A DNA stretch of 64,000 bases from an uncultured bacterium (lineage in GTDB: Bacteria > Chlamydiota > Chlamydiia > Chlamydiales > 2-12-FULL-49-11). A model generated the notes under the pieces. It searched no databases. It was not told where the DNA came from and saw only the letters and a list, made by a program, of their open reading frames with translations. Shown piece after piece: positions 17,928 to 26,513 of the stretch (positions are counted from its first letter, which is position 1; every line of letters begins with the position of its first letter). The stretch is taken from the NCBI GenBank assembly GCA_964350315.1, contig CAYGJD010000007.1, positions 17,487 through 81,486 on the forward strand, written 5' to 3'. Made by a program: the position numbers and the translations under genes.

Positions 17928-18644
17928 TCATTCAGTCGTTTTGAGTTGTGAATTTTTGCATAGAGTTAGATCTGGCAATTCATTCAAAAAATCTGAGCCG
18001 ACGAGGGTTGGGGGACCGGTTAGGCCTGGCCAGGGGCGTTTGGGATGGTAGACTTTGTAGTGTTTGAAGGTGTCTGAAAAATCAAATTGTCCGTCTTTTT
18101 GTATGAGGCAATCTGTGTGGTGGATGATTTTGCCAAAAAGGCCGTTTTCGGGAAAGAAATCGCAGTCGTGCACGATTGTGTATTGGGATTTTTGCTTCAT
18201 TCGTTTGATTGTTTCAACTCGTGCAAGCCATGGCCATTGGTCTACAAAGCAAATTGAATATTCTAAGGAGTTTATGTAGTTAGAGTGCTTAGAGTTATCT
18301 AGGAAGTTTATCCAATCAGCGGGGTTGGTGCTTTCTTTATCTCCGGGGACATAAAACATTTTGTGCCAGCCAGAATGGTCTTTTTCATATCCTTTTCCTA
18401 GGTACTTGTCCTGGAACTTTTTAAGCCATTCTTCGTTATTGTCGATGGTGATGAGTGTTCGTTTGGTCTTTTTACACATCTTATGTAGCAAGTCGGTGCT
18501 GCAATGACCGCTTCCGAATTCAATGATAGGTCCAGAAGTTTTGTTGACTAAAGAGGTTAAGACTTCTTGATGGGTGCCAAAGGGGTTGTCTTGATGATTC
18601 TTTCTCATGAATGCAAGGCTAGTCATGGGGGCAAAACATGTCAA
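17928..18644 (-). CDS. hypothetical protein, possibly a class I methyltransferase-fold protein
   Basis: IIEFGSGHCSTDLL followed by TLITIDNNEEW resembles SAM-binding motif I plus an acidic loop. The match is weak. Confidence 0.4.
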   Translation of the reverse strand: MTCFAPMTSLAFMRKNHQDNPFGTHQEVLTSLVNKTSGPIIEFGSGHCSTDLLHKMCKKTKRTLITIDNNEEWLKKFQDKYLGKGYEKDHSGWHKMFYVPGDKESTNPADWINFLDNSKHSNYINSLEYSICFVDQWPWLARVETIKRMKQKSQYTIVHDCDFFPENGLFGKIIHHTDCLIQKDGQFDFSDTFKHYKVYHPKRPWPGLTGPPTLVGSDFLNELPDLTLCKNSQLKTTE

Positions 18645-18665
18645 TTGGTCATTTAAACAATGATT

Positions 18666-19040
18666 TTAGCGGTAGTCATCTTGCCATGGGTAGACTGATT
18701 GAAAGACACTCTTTTCCTGAGGCTTTGTAAAGAGTATTTCTTTAGAGCCATCGATTACAGCTAAATATTGATCTTTACCAATCGGGGTAATGATCATTTG
18801 CCCTAGTTTGTCTTTTTCAACGGAGAGCTTTTTGTCTTTAAAAACTGATTCGTGGATCAGCCAGTGGGAGCCATCATCAAGAAAAATATGTACAAATTCT
18901 AAAAATTTTCCTGTGTATGGGTCTGATTCCATTTGATAGGAGACGATTTGTCTTGAATAGGGAAGTTCTTTTGCCTCTACAACTTGTTCCATGTGTTGAG
19001 GTTTATTTGAAACTGGTGGCAAATCTACATCAATTGTCAT
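18666..19040 (-). CDS. hypothetical protein (124 aa)
   Basis: ORF with GGAGAGA upstream of the ATG; no recognisable motif. Confidence 0.4.
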   Translation of the reverse strand: MTIDVDLPPVSNKPQHMEQVVEAKELPYSRQIVSYQMESDPYTGKFLEFVHIFLDDGSHWLIHESVFKDKKLSVEKDKLGQMIITPIGKDQYLAVIDGSKEILFTKPQEKSVFQSVYPWQDDYR

Positions 19041-19204
19041 AATGTCTCTCCTTATTTACATATATAATAAAGGCTAAGTAAATATGGTGTCAACGTGCAA
19101 ATTTCATAATATTAAAGATTAAAGTACCTGTCGTTAAGTGGCAGTTTTTTTTTGAAAACAAGTAGAGTATTGCAACTCAATTTCTATCGTGGTAGTAGGG
19201 GAAT

Positions 19205-21544
19205 ATGGATGCTACAAGATTAGAAAATATCGATTGTCATTTCCGAGCTGCGAATTATCTTTCTGTTGGGCAGATTTATTTGAAAGAGAATCCTTTTCTT
19301 TGCGAGCCGCTTAAAAAAGAGCATGTTAAGTCGAGATTGCTGGGGCATTGGGGGACTTCTCCTGGGTTGAATTTTATTTATTCGCATATCAATCGTTTGA
19401 TTCAGGATACAGGCGAGCAGTTTTTGTATGTGACGGGACCAGGTCATGGTGGTCCTGCGATTCGTGCAAATGTTTATCTTGAAGGAACAATGACTGAGGT
19501 TTATCCTGATATTGATTGGTCGGTCTCTGGTGCGCGTAAGTTGATGCGTGAGTTTTCTTGGCCATGTGGTGTGCCAAGTCATGTCTCTCCTCCAACTCCT
19601 GGTTCAATTCATGAGGGGGGTGAGCTTGGATATTCTTTAGTTCATGCTTTTGGTGCTGTGATGGATCATCCTGAGTTGAATGTTGTTTGTGTTGTGGGTG
19701 ATGGCGAAAGTGAAACTGGGCCGCTAGCTGCTAGTTGGCAATCGATTCGATTCATCAATCCTCAAAGGGATGGTTTGGTATTGCCAATCCTTCATTTGAA
19801 TGGTTTCAAGATTTCTGGTCCAACGTTATTTGGGCGGATGGATGATGAGCATTTAACGAAATATTTCGAGGGTTTGGGTTATCAGGTTCGTATCGTAGAT
19901 GGGGATGATCCTGCTCTGATGCACAAGGCTTTTTGGGAGTGTTTAGACTGGGCTCATGAAAAACTCAATGAGGTGCGAACTCTTCGAGGTCCTTTGAAGG
20001 AGCCTTCTCCTCTTCCATTAATTATTCTTCGAACACCGAAAGGTTGGACTGGACCGAAGTTCATTGATGGTAAAAAAATAGAGGGGTCGTTTCGATCCCA
20101 TCAAGTTCCTATGTCTGATGTAGTTTCAAATCCAGCTCATTTGGAAATTCTAGATGAGTGGATGAGAAGTTATAAACCAGAGGAATTATTCGATAACTCA
20201 GGAAAACCGAATGCTAAGGTATTGGCAAATATTCCTGAGGCAAATTTGCGAATGGGAGCGAGTAAGTACGCAAATGGCGGTCTTATACTAAAAGAATTAA
20301 AGATGCCTGATTATAAGAGCTATGCAGTTGCGGTCTCGCAGCCTGGAGGGGTTGAAGCAGAAGCGACTCGAGAGTTGGGAAAATTTGTTCGCGATATCAT
20401 GAAACAGAATATCGATAACTTTCGTGTCTTTTGCCCTGATGAAACAAATTCTAATCGATTTAACCACCTGTTTGATATAACAGATCGGATGTATGTCGGA
20501 GAAATAGAAGATGGCGATGAAGCTCTTTCTTCTGATGGGCGTGTGATGGAGGTTTTGAGTGAACACCTTTGTCAGGGATGGCTTGAGGGGTATTTGTTGA
20601 CAGGACGTCATGGTATTTTCCCTTGTTATGAGGCGTTTGCTTTGATTGTAGATTCGATGCTGAATCAACATGGTAAGTGGCTAAAAGCTTGTCTTGAGAT
20701 TCCGTGGAGAAAACCGATTGCGTCATTGAACTATCTTTTGACTTCTCATGCTTGGAGGCAAGATCACAATGGATATAGTCATCAAGGACCGGGATTTATT
20801 GATTCTGTAATGCAGAAAAAAAGCAATATCGCACGAATTTATCTGCCACCTGATGCAAACTGCTTACTTGCTATTGCAGACCATTGTTTTAGAAGTAAAA
20901 ACTATATAAATTTGATCATTGCGGGTAAGCAATCATCTCCTCAATGGCTTGATATGAAGAGTGCGATTGCTCATTGTCAGCGTGGCATTAGTAATTGGGA
21001 GTGGGCAAGTAATGATGGGGGTTCTCCTGATATTGTTTTTGCATCAGCTGGAGATACGCCCACACTTGAAATGATGGCTGCTGTGCAAATTCTTAAAGAA
21101 AGATTGCCAGATTTAAAAATTCGTGTGATTAATGTGGTTGATTTGTTCACTCTTTTAAGAACAGAAGATCATCCACATGGTATTGATGAGGAGACTTTTA
21201 ATGCTTTATTTACAGAAGACAAGAATGTGATTTTTGCTTTTCATGGCTATCCAAGAGTGATTCATGAATTAAAATATCGTAGAAAAAATCCAGAGCGCTT
21301 CCATGTCCAGGGGTATATTGAAGAAGGTACAACATCGACACCATTTGACATGGTTGTTTGTAATAAGATTAGTCGGTTCCATCTAGTGATTAAGGCGTTA
21401 GAGTTTTTGCCTCAAATTAAAACGCATGCAGCAGATATTGTCGAAGAGCTTAATCGCAAATTAGTGGAGCATAAAAGCTACATCGCACATCATGGGGAAG
21501 ATATGCCTGAAATCACCAACTGGAAATGGAACAATGGCAGATAA
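19205..21544 (+). CDS. xfp: xylulose-5-phosphate/fructose-6-phosphate phosphoketolase
   Basis: 779 aa. FRAANYLSVGQIYLKENPFL, LLGHWGTSPGLNFIYSHINRLI and EGGELGYSL are hallmark phosphoketolase segments. Confidence 0.9.
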   Translation: MDATRLENIDCHFRAANYLSVGQIYLKENPFLCEPLKKEHVKSRLLGHWGTSPGLNFIYSHINRLIQDTGEQFLYVTGPGHGGPAIRANVYLEGTMTEVYPDIDWSVSGARKLMREFSWPCGVPSHVSPPTPGSIHEGGELGYSLVHAFGAVMDHPELNVVCVVGDGESETGPLAASWQSIRFINPQRDGLVLPILHLNGFKISGPTLFGRMDDEHLTKYFEGLGYQVRIVDGDDPALMHKAFWECLDWAHEKLNEVRTLRGPLKEPSPLPLIILRTPKGWTGPKFIDGKKIEGSFRSHQVPMSDVVSNPAHLEILDEWMRSYKPEELFDNSGKPNAKVLANIPEANLRMGASKYANGGLILKELKMPDYKSYAVAVSQPGGVEAEATRELGKFVRDIMKQNIDNFRVFCPDETNSNRFNHLFDITDRMYVGEIEDGDEALSSDGRVMEVLSEHLCQGWLEGYLLTGRHGIFPCYEAFALIVDSMLNQHGKWLKACLEIPWRKPIASLNYLLTSHAWRQDHNGYSHQGPGFIDSVMQKKSNIARIYLPPDANCLLAIADHCFRSKNYINLIIAGKQSSPQWLDMKSAIAHCQRGISNWEWASNDGGSPDIVFASAGDTPTLEMMAAVQILKERLPDLKIRVINVVDLFTLLRTEDHPHGIDEETFNALFTEDKNVIFAFHGYPRVIHELKYRRKNPERFHVQGYIEEGTTSTPFDMVVCNKISRFHLVIKALEFLPQIKTHAADIVEELNRKLVEHKSYIAHHGEDMPEITNWKWNNGR

Positions 21545-22511
21545 TATTTTAGTTCTCAATAGTGGGTCTTCTTCTTTGAAGTATTCCTATGCAGATAAAA
21601 GTGGGGCATTTGGTGATCTTGATTCGTTAGATGACCAAATTGAGGCATCAGACAAAATTCAAAATATTGATCCAGCTGCGATTGGTCATCGAGTCGTCTT
21701 TGGCGGAACAGAATTTCTTCAACCTGTTGTGATTGATGAAAATGTGATGGCTAAGTTACATAAACTATCTTTGTTTGCTCATTTCCATATGTCGATAGAA
21801 ATTGCTCTAATTAAAAAGATGCAAAAACGATTCCCTAATGTGAAACAAGTTGCTTGCTTTGATACAAGCTTTCACCGGTCGATGCCAGAAAAAGCTAAGT
21901 TGCTTGGCCTTTCTCAATCTTTACATCAAGAAGGTGTACAGAAGTATGGATTTCACGGCATTTCGTATGAATCGATTTTAGCACAGATGAAAAATGTCCC
22001 TAAAAGATTAGTGATAGCTCATCTTGGAGGTGGGGCGTCGATTTGTGCATTGAAAGATGGAAAAAGTGTTGATACTTCAATGGGATTAACTCCTCTTGGA
22101 GGTTTAATGATGAACACAAGACCTGGTGATCTCGATCCAGGTGTCATACTCTATTTGCTTAAAGAGAAAAAAATGAGCATTGATGATCTCGAGTATTTTC
22201 TCTATCACGATTCAGGGTTGAAAGGGATTTCTGGAAAACCTGCCGGCATGAAAGCACTTTTTGAAGAAAAACAATCTCCTGCGATTGAACACTATTGTTA
22301 CCGTGTTGCAAAAACGATTGGAAGTTATCATGTTGTTCTTGGCGGCATTGATAAGCTTGTTTTCACAGGTGGCGTTGGAGAAAATGAGAAAGAAATTCGG
22401 GAGATGATTTGCGATCAACTTAAAGTTCTTGGATTATCACAAGATCAAATTGTTGCAATGCCCTCGCAAGAAGAAAAAATGATTAAAGAGCATACGCAAC
22501 GCCTACTTTAA
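21534..22511 (+). CDS. ackA: acetate kinase (compact, about 325 aa)
   Basis: Start trimmed to MADNILVLNSGSSSLKYS. GHRVVFGG, FDTSFH, YGFHGISYE, HLGGGASICA, NTRPGDLDPG and FTGGVGEN are present. Overlaps the xfp stop by 11 nt. Confidence 0.8.
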   Translation: MADNILVLNSGSSSLKYSYADKSGAFGDLDSLDDQIEASDKIQNIDPAAIGHRVVFGGTEFLQPVVIDENVMAKLHKLSLFAHFHMSIEIALIKKMQKRFPNVKQVACFDTSFHRSMPEKAKLLGLSQSLHQEGVQKYGFHGISYESILAQMKNVPKRLVIAHLGGGASICALKDGKSVDTSMGLTPLGGLMMNTRPGDLDPGVILYLLKEKKMSIDDLEYFLYHDSGLKGISGKPAGMKALFEEKQSPAIEHYCYRVAKTIGSYHVVLGGIDKLVFTGGVGENEKEIREMICDQLKVLGLSQDQIVAMPSQEEKMIKEHTQRLL

Positions 22512-23632
22512 GCAAACACTTCGCGTCTACGATTGCGGTGTAGTTCTGTTGGATTGAGGTGTGTTTCACCTTCTCGTTTTGTTGCAAGCTGTCCACATCC
22601 ACCACTGATATCAACCCCTTTACTATAACGCACGGGAGCGGGAATGGAGTGGTCTGTCAGATAGGTTTGGAATGCATAGATTCGTTTGGCATCAGAGGGG
22701 CGCATTTCAACGCCTGGGAAGTGGTTTATTGGGATAAGATTTACTTTGGCATTAATTCCATCGAGGAAGCGCACTAGATTTTTCGCGTCATCAAGAGTGT
22801 CGTTTGATCCTTCAATCATGACGTATTCAAATGTCACGCCGTAACGCTCAGGGGCTGGATAATTGATAAGGGCCTTTTTGAGCTCGGTTAATGGATATTG
22901 CTTATTGATAGGCATCATTTCACTTCGTTTTGCATCGTCTGCTTGGTGAAGCGAAATTGCAAGGCGTACGGGAAGGTCTTTGCCTAGTTGCACGATCTTA
23001 GGGATAACCCCTGCTGTTGAAACTGTGACTCGTCTAGCTGATAAGGAAAATGCATTGGGATTAAGCATTGTTGAACAAGCTTTAACAACGGCATCGTAAT
23101 TGTCAAGCGGCTCTCCCATTCCCATGAATACAACGTTTGTGACTTTTAATGGGTTTTCTTTTTCTCTTAGGATCCGGTTAGCAAGCAAAAGCTGTATAAG
23201 AATTTCTCCAGAACTTAAATTTCTCTTGAATCCCATTTTGCCTGTTTGGCAAAAGGTGCAGCCGCGCTTACATCCGACTTGGCTACTCAAACAAAGAGTT
23301 GTCCGATTGTCGTAGGGCATGATGACAAATTCAATGAGCAAATTGTCATGTGTTTTCAATAAAAGTTTTTCACTTGTGTCTTTGGAAATCAGGTGTGAAT
23401 CAATCTCGGGAAGGTCCCAATCAAATGAAGAGGTAAGGGTTTCTCTAATTGTTTTTGATAAGTTGGTGAATTCTTCTGGGTTTGATAGATTATGATGGAA
23501 AATCCACTGATAGATTTGGAGTGCCACATAAGAAGGGAAGTTCTTTTTGAGACACCAAGCTTGCCAATCTTTATGATCTAGATCATAGGCATAGGGGATT
23601 TGATTTTCCTCTGTCATACTCTCTCTTTTCAT
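22508..23632 (-). CDS. rlmN: 23S rRNA/tRNA (adenine-C2)-methyltransferase, radical SAM
   Basis: CLSSQVGCKRGCTFCQTGKMGFKRNLSSGEI (CxxxCxxC), MGMGEPLDNY and a C-terminal GGCGQL. Confidence 0.9.
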   Translation of the reverse strand: MKRESMTEENQIPYAYDLDHKDWQAWCLKKNFPSYVALQIYQWIFHHNLSNPEEFTNLSKTIRETLTSSFDWDLPEIDSHLISKDTSEKLLLKTHDNLLIEFVIMPYDNRTTLCLSSQVGCKRGCTFCQTGKMGFKRNLSSGEILIQLLLANRILREKENPLKVTNVVFMGMGEPLDNYDAVVKACSTMLNPNAFSLSARRVTVSTAGVIPKIVQLGKDLPVRLAISLHQADDAKRSEMMPINKQYPLTELKKALINYPAPERYGVTFEYVMIEGSNDTLDDAKNLVRFLDGINAKVNLIPINHFPGVEMRPSDAKRIYAFQTYLTDHSIPAPVRYSKGVDISGGCGQLATKREGETHLNPTELHRNRRREVFA

Positions 23633-23742
23633 TCTTAGGAGAGAGAATAGTTGGTTTACCCTTTTTTCTCAACGTGAAAGGCAACTCAATATTTTCTTGG
23701 GGCAGAGAAAGCCTTTGGTTCTCTTTTAAAGTAAAAATTTAT

Positions 23743-24150
23743 TTAACTTTCTAGATCAGGAAGGTTTTCCCACCATATCTTTTCCGCCTTGATTGTGATT
23801 GTAGTAAAATCATTTACATTTGGATGTGGAGGATAATTTCCCCACTGGATGCCTAGTGAAACAGTAGAATTGTTATCCATTTCAAAATCTAAAATTTCTG
23901 CTGAGTCGTAATCTTTTGTTAAAATACCAAGAAACAATTTCTCATCGACTTCAATGCCTTTTATGTTAGAAATATGCAATTTCCCCTTAATTCGATCATC
24001 TGAGGATAAAACAATATTGCCTGGCAGTTCCTCAGGATCAACTTCGGAACTTTTCATAGACAAAACAATAGTCTTTCCTTGATGGTTAATGCCAAGTAAA
24101 GAGCCATCATGGAAAAAATCCTTGTATATAGAAATATTCATATTAATCAT
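23743..24150 (-). CDS. putative immunity protein of the orphan toxin cassette
   Basis: Lies 12 nt downstream of the orphan toxin tip. Paralog of 26050-26493: shared FHDGSL, IKGK and a C-terminal WWEN(L/I)PDLE(S/T). Confidence 0.55.
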   Translation of the reverse strand: MINMNISIYKDFFHDGSLLGINHQGKTIVLSMKSSEVDPEELPGNIVLSSDDRIKGKLHISNIKGIEVDEKLFLGILTKDYDSAEILDFEMDNNSTVSLGIQWGNYPPHPNVNDFTTITIKAEKIWWENLPDLES

Positions 24151-24162
24151 CCTTAACCGTTT

Positions 24163-24612
24163 TTACCACCAAACCCAATCTGGAGGATATAGATGAGATG
24201 CTTCACTACCCTCTGAGACAGATCTTCCTCGTGCATCTAAGTAGGCGTCATGCTCTCCAGTTTTATTTGGATTTGGTCGATGATAATGATCGTGAGATTT
24301 GTGACCAAACTTACCGGGTTTTGCTTCATCTAACCTAATCTCTTCGCCTGTTTCTTTATTTCTGTAATTATGATGTCCATTACTTTTAGCCTTGGGATGG
24401 CTAACGTCTTCCCAATTTTTATCTTTTTTAGGATTTTTTGGAAGAGTGGGATCAACTCCACCTTTCTTACTTCTTTCCATCGTATTGAGGTCAAAAGAAG
24501 AATCATCGTGAGTCTCTTTGTAATGTTTATAGCCTTTGTAGCCCCAATATCCAATGGTAGCACCGGTTTCTGCCGCTAAAGCATAGGGAGCCCAAAACGG
24601 AATTTTAACCAC
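24163..24612 (-). CDS. orphan RHS C-terminal toxin tip (no RHS body, GTG-only start)
   Basis: Homologous to the C-terminal roughly 150 aa of 26514-27341: GYWGYKGYKHYKETHDDSSFDLNTMERSKKG, NGHH, SHDHYHRPNPN, SHLYPPDWVWW. The frame is closed by a TGA 4 codons upstream of the GTG. Confidence 0.6.
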   Translation of the reverse strand: MVKIPFWAPYALAAETGATIGYWGYKGYKHYKETHDDSSFDLNTMERSKKGGVDPTLPKNPKKDKNWEDVSHPKAKSNGHHNYRNKETGEEIRLDEAKPGKFGHKSHDHYHRPNPNKTGEHDAYLDARGRSVSEGSEASHLYPPDWVWW

Positions 24613-24775
24613 ATCCAGAGGTCAACCTTTACCTAGTGTTCTCCTCTCACACTCTTTTAACGCTTGTTTAGTTAGAGCGTAGTATGGTAAACTTGCTCCC
24701 CAAATTATATTAATTTATTGCTCAGTGGCTCTTCCATTGGCCCATGGTTCAAAAACGAGACTATTCTAATCACAA

Positions 24776-25546
24776 ATGAATATATATTATTCTCTAAAAC
24801 ACACATATTATGAGCTCAGGGATTGCTGCCAACCCAAAGCTGTCTATAATGAAGATCTCGGCGATTTGCCACAGTATGTTGAAGATTTGACGAGTCGAAT
24901 GAATTATGAAAAAAAAGTGCATCTTTCTTGGGCAGAAGGAAGTGACATCACGATGAGAGCTAGTTTTGGTTTTTGGAAATCTGGTATCATTGAGGTTCCA
25001 TGGGAATGTAAGAAATTTTTCTTAGATACTAGTAAGTGGACCAGAGTTTGTGCTACTAGAGCCAGCTTAGCACATGAATTAGTTCATCTTAAACTTCACC
25101 ATGTACAAAAACAGATTCTTGTGCAATTGCTTATCTCAGCGATTGTTATGATTGTATTTTCAGCTACACTTTGTGTCATTATTGCTTTCGCAATTGATTA
25201 TTTTCTAACTCCACGAGTTCTCAATTACTACATTAGATATCATGAAAAACAGGCAGACTTACTTGCCTGCGAGGTATTAACAGAGAATGAATTATGTGCC
25301 GCCGTTTGTTATTTGGAAAGAGAAAGAATCTATAATATCAAAGACTATTTATCGACAGAAAAAAAGAACAAGACGAAGTCTGTTTTTAACAAATTCCCCC
25401 AAAAATGCACAGAAGAAGGAAATATCATAGCGGATGTGGAACACTATCCATTAAGTGAAAGGATATGTTATCTGAGAGAAAGGATTAAAACTGAGAAAGG
25501 AAAAAAGTACATATCGGAGTACTTCTCTTATCTCAAGCAAATTTAA
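24776..25546 (+). CDS. minimal M48-like membrane zinc metalloprotease (paralog 3)
   Basis: HELVHLKLHH, TM segments, HEKQADLLACEVLTENEL and EHYPLSERICYL; collinear with 6445-7227. Confidence 0.6.
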   Translation: MNIYYSLKHTYYELRDCCQPKAVYNEDLGDLPQYVEDLTSRMNYEKKVHLSWAEGSDITMRASFGFWKSGIIEVPWECKKFFLDTSKWTRVCATRASLAHELVHLKLHHVQKQILVQLLISAIVMIVFSATLCVIIAFAIDYFLTPRVLNYYIRYHEKQADLLACEVLTENELCAAVCYLERERIYNIKDYLSTEKKNKTKSVFNKFPQKCTEEGNIIADVEHYPLSERICYLRERIKTEKGKKYISEYFSYLKQI

Positions 25547-25861
25547 TGAGGTCAGCGTTAGATAAGGATTTAAGGCCTAAAGGAAATCAATTGGTCGGTT
25601 GAGGAAGAAAAAGGCTGTTCTATGACTCTCAAGTTGGTTAGACGATTTCATTTTCTTGTTATATACCGATCGCACTTCAAAAACTGGAGTTTCTGCGCCG
25701 CCAAAACCCTTTCCATTATCCATTGTTTAAAAATTTTTGCTATATTGGCTCTTTTTAACGATAAAAGGAACTTTTTATAGGAATTACGCAAATACTCAAG
25801 AATGGGCGACAACGAGTTTTGCCAACGCGCTTCTCTTGAATAAAACTAAAAGTAAGATGAC

Positions 25862-26058
25862 TTATAAATATCGCAGCTAGACTGGCAGAAGCAAAAGGGA
25901 GTAGCCTTGCTATTCGTTTTGATAACTGGCATGATACTAAGGCTACATATAATCTACTTAAGCAGCCAATTATGACGCCAGATTCCATTCAAAATCCTCT
26001 TTTACAGAGAGAGAAGTTACGTAAAAAATACGGGAAAAAGAGCACATGTTTAAGTTTC
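25862..26058 (+). pseudogene. IS4/Tn5-like transposase N-terminal remnant
   Basis: A start-less open frame, LINIAARLAEAKGSSLAIRFDNWHDTKATYNLLKQPIMTPDSIQNPLLQ, aligns by eye with the Tn5 transposase N-terminal DNA-binding region (LVNVAAQLAKYSGKSITISS...AYRFIRNPNVSAEAI). A TGA lies immediately upstream and no DDE domain follows. Confidence 0.4.
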
Positions 26059-26493
26059 TAGATCTGGGATATTTTCCCACCATACATCCTTTACATCGAT
26101 AGTAATAGTAGAACAATCATCGACTCTATTTTTAGGAGGGTAATTAATCCAAATAACGTGCAAAAGCACTTCATTATCTTTGATTCTAAAACGAAAAATG
26201 TCCCCATCATCGTAGTTCATTTTTAAAGGGGTTGCAAGTTTTTTATTATCAATATAAATATTTTTGAGTCCATTTAAATGAAGTTTTCCCTTTATTTGTT
26301 TTAAATAAATCTTTCCCTTTATTCGCCCTTCTTTTGAAAGAGGAATAGGATCCTTGATATCTTCGGAATGAACTTCTGCACTTTCCATGGTTAAAATAAG
26401 TTCACCCTCATTTTTGCCATATTCAATTGCAATCAATGATCCATCATGAAAATAAGACGTGTATTTAGAAATAGTTGCTTTATCAATATACAT
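26050..26493 (-). CDS. putative immunity protein of the RHS toxin
   Basis: Starts 20 nt downstream of the RHS toxin stop. Paralog of 23743-24150. Confidence 0.6.
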   Translation of the reverse strand: MYIDKATISKYTSYFHDGSLIAIEYGKNEGELILTMESAEVHSEDIKDPIPLSKEGRIKGKIYLKQIKGKLHLNGLKNIYIDNKKLATPLKMNYDDGDIFRFRIKDNEVLLHVIWINYPPKNRVDDCSTITIDVKDVWWENIPDLET

Positions 26494-26513
26494 AAATTTT
26501 TCTCTTTATAAAT

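Noticed and set aside
19220-19607. Two antisense ORFs (120 and 72 aa) inside the phosphoketolase gene; 20297-20726 is similar
   Set aside because: They are nested opposite a very strongly conserved CDS, and their products are low-complexity and basic. The same reasoning applies to 1050-1379, 4043-4381, 5746-6034, 6909-7097, 8030-8239, 10724-10980, 11160-11417, 13950-14442, 15128-15358, 18064-18279, 22212-22418, 22559-23315, 24330-24579, 26724-27262, 29251-31745 (several), 32331-32525, 34218-34484, 34849-35186, 36782-36976, 38254-39033, 41375-41845, 43617-44839, 45239-45967, 47280-47594, 47615-48143, 49918-50148, 50703-51203, 52411-53254, 53563-54090, 54306-55062, 55888-56232, 57914-59367, 59555-60663, 60861-61882, 62490-62854 and 63542-63754.
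21534-22511. Whether the short acetate kinase is a truncated pseudogene
   Set aside because: The frame is uninterrupted from an N-terminal NSGSSSLK motif to a C-terminal region with the conserved Glu context, and all catalytic-residue contexts I can recall are retained. I treated it as a compact but probably functional gene and flagged it as a finding.
25755-25988. 77-aa minus-strand ORF between the M48-like gene and the immunity gene
   Set aside because: It is antisense to the segment that reads as a Tn5/IS4-like transposase N-terminal remnant on the plus strand. It has no RBS or motif support.
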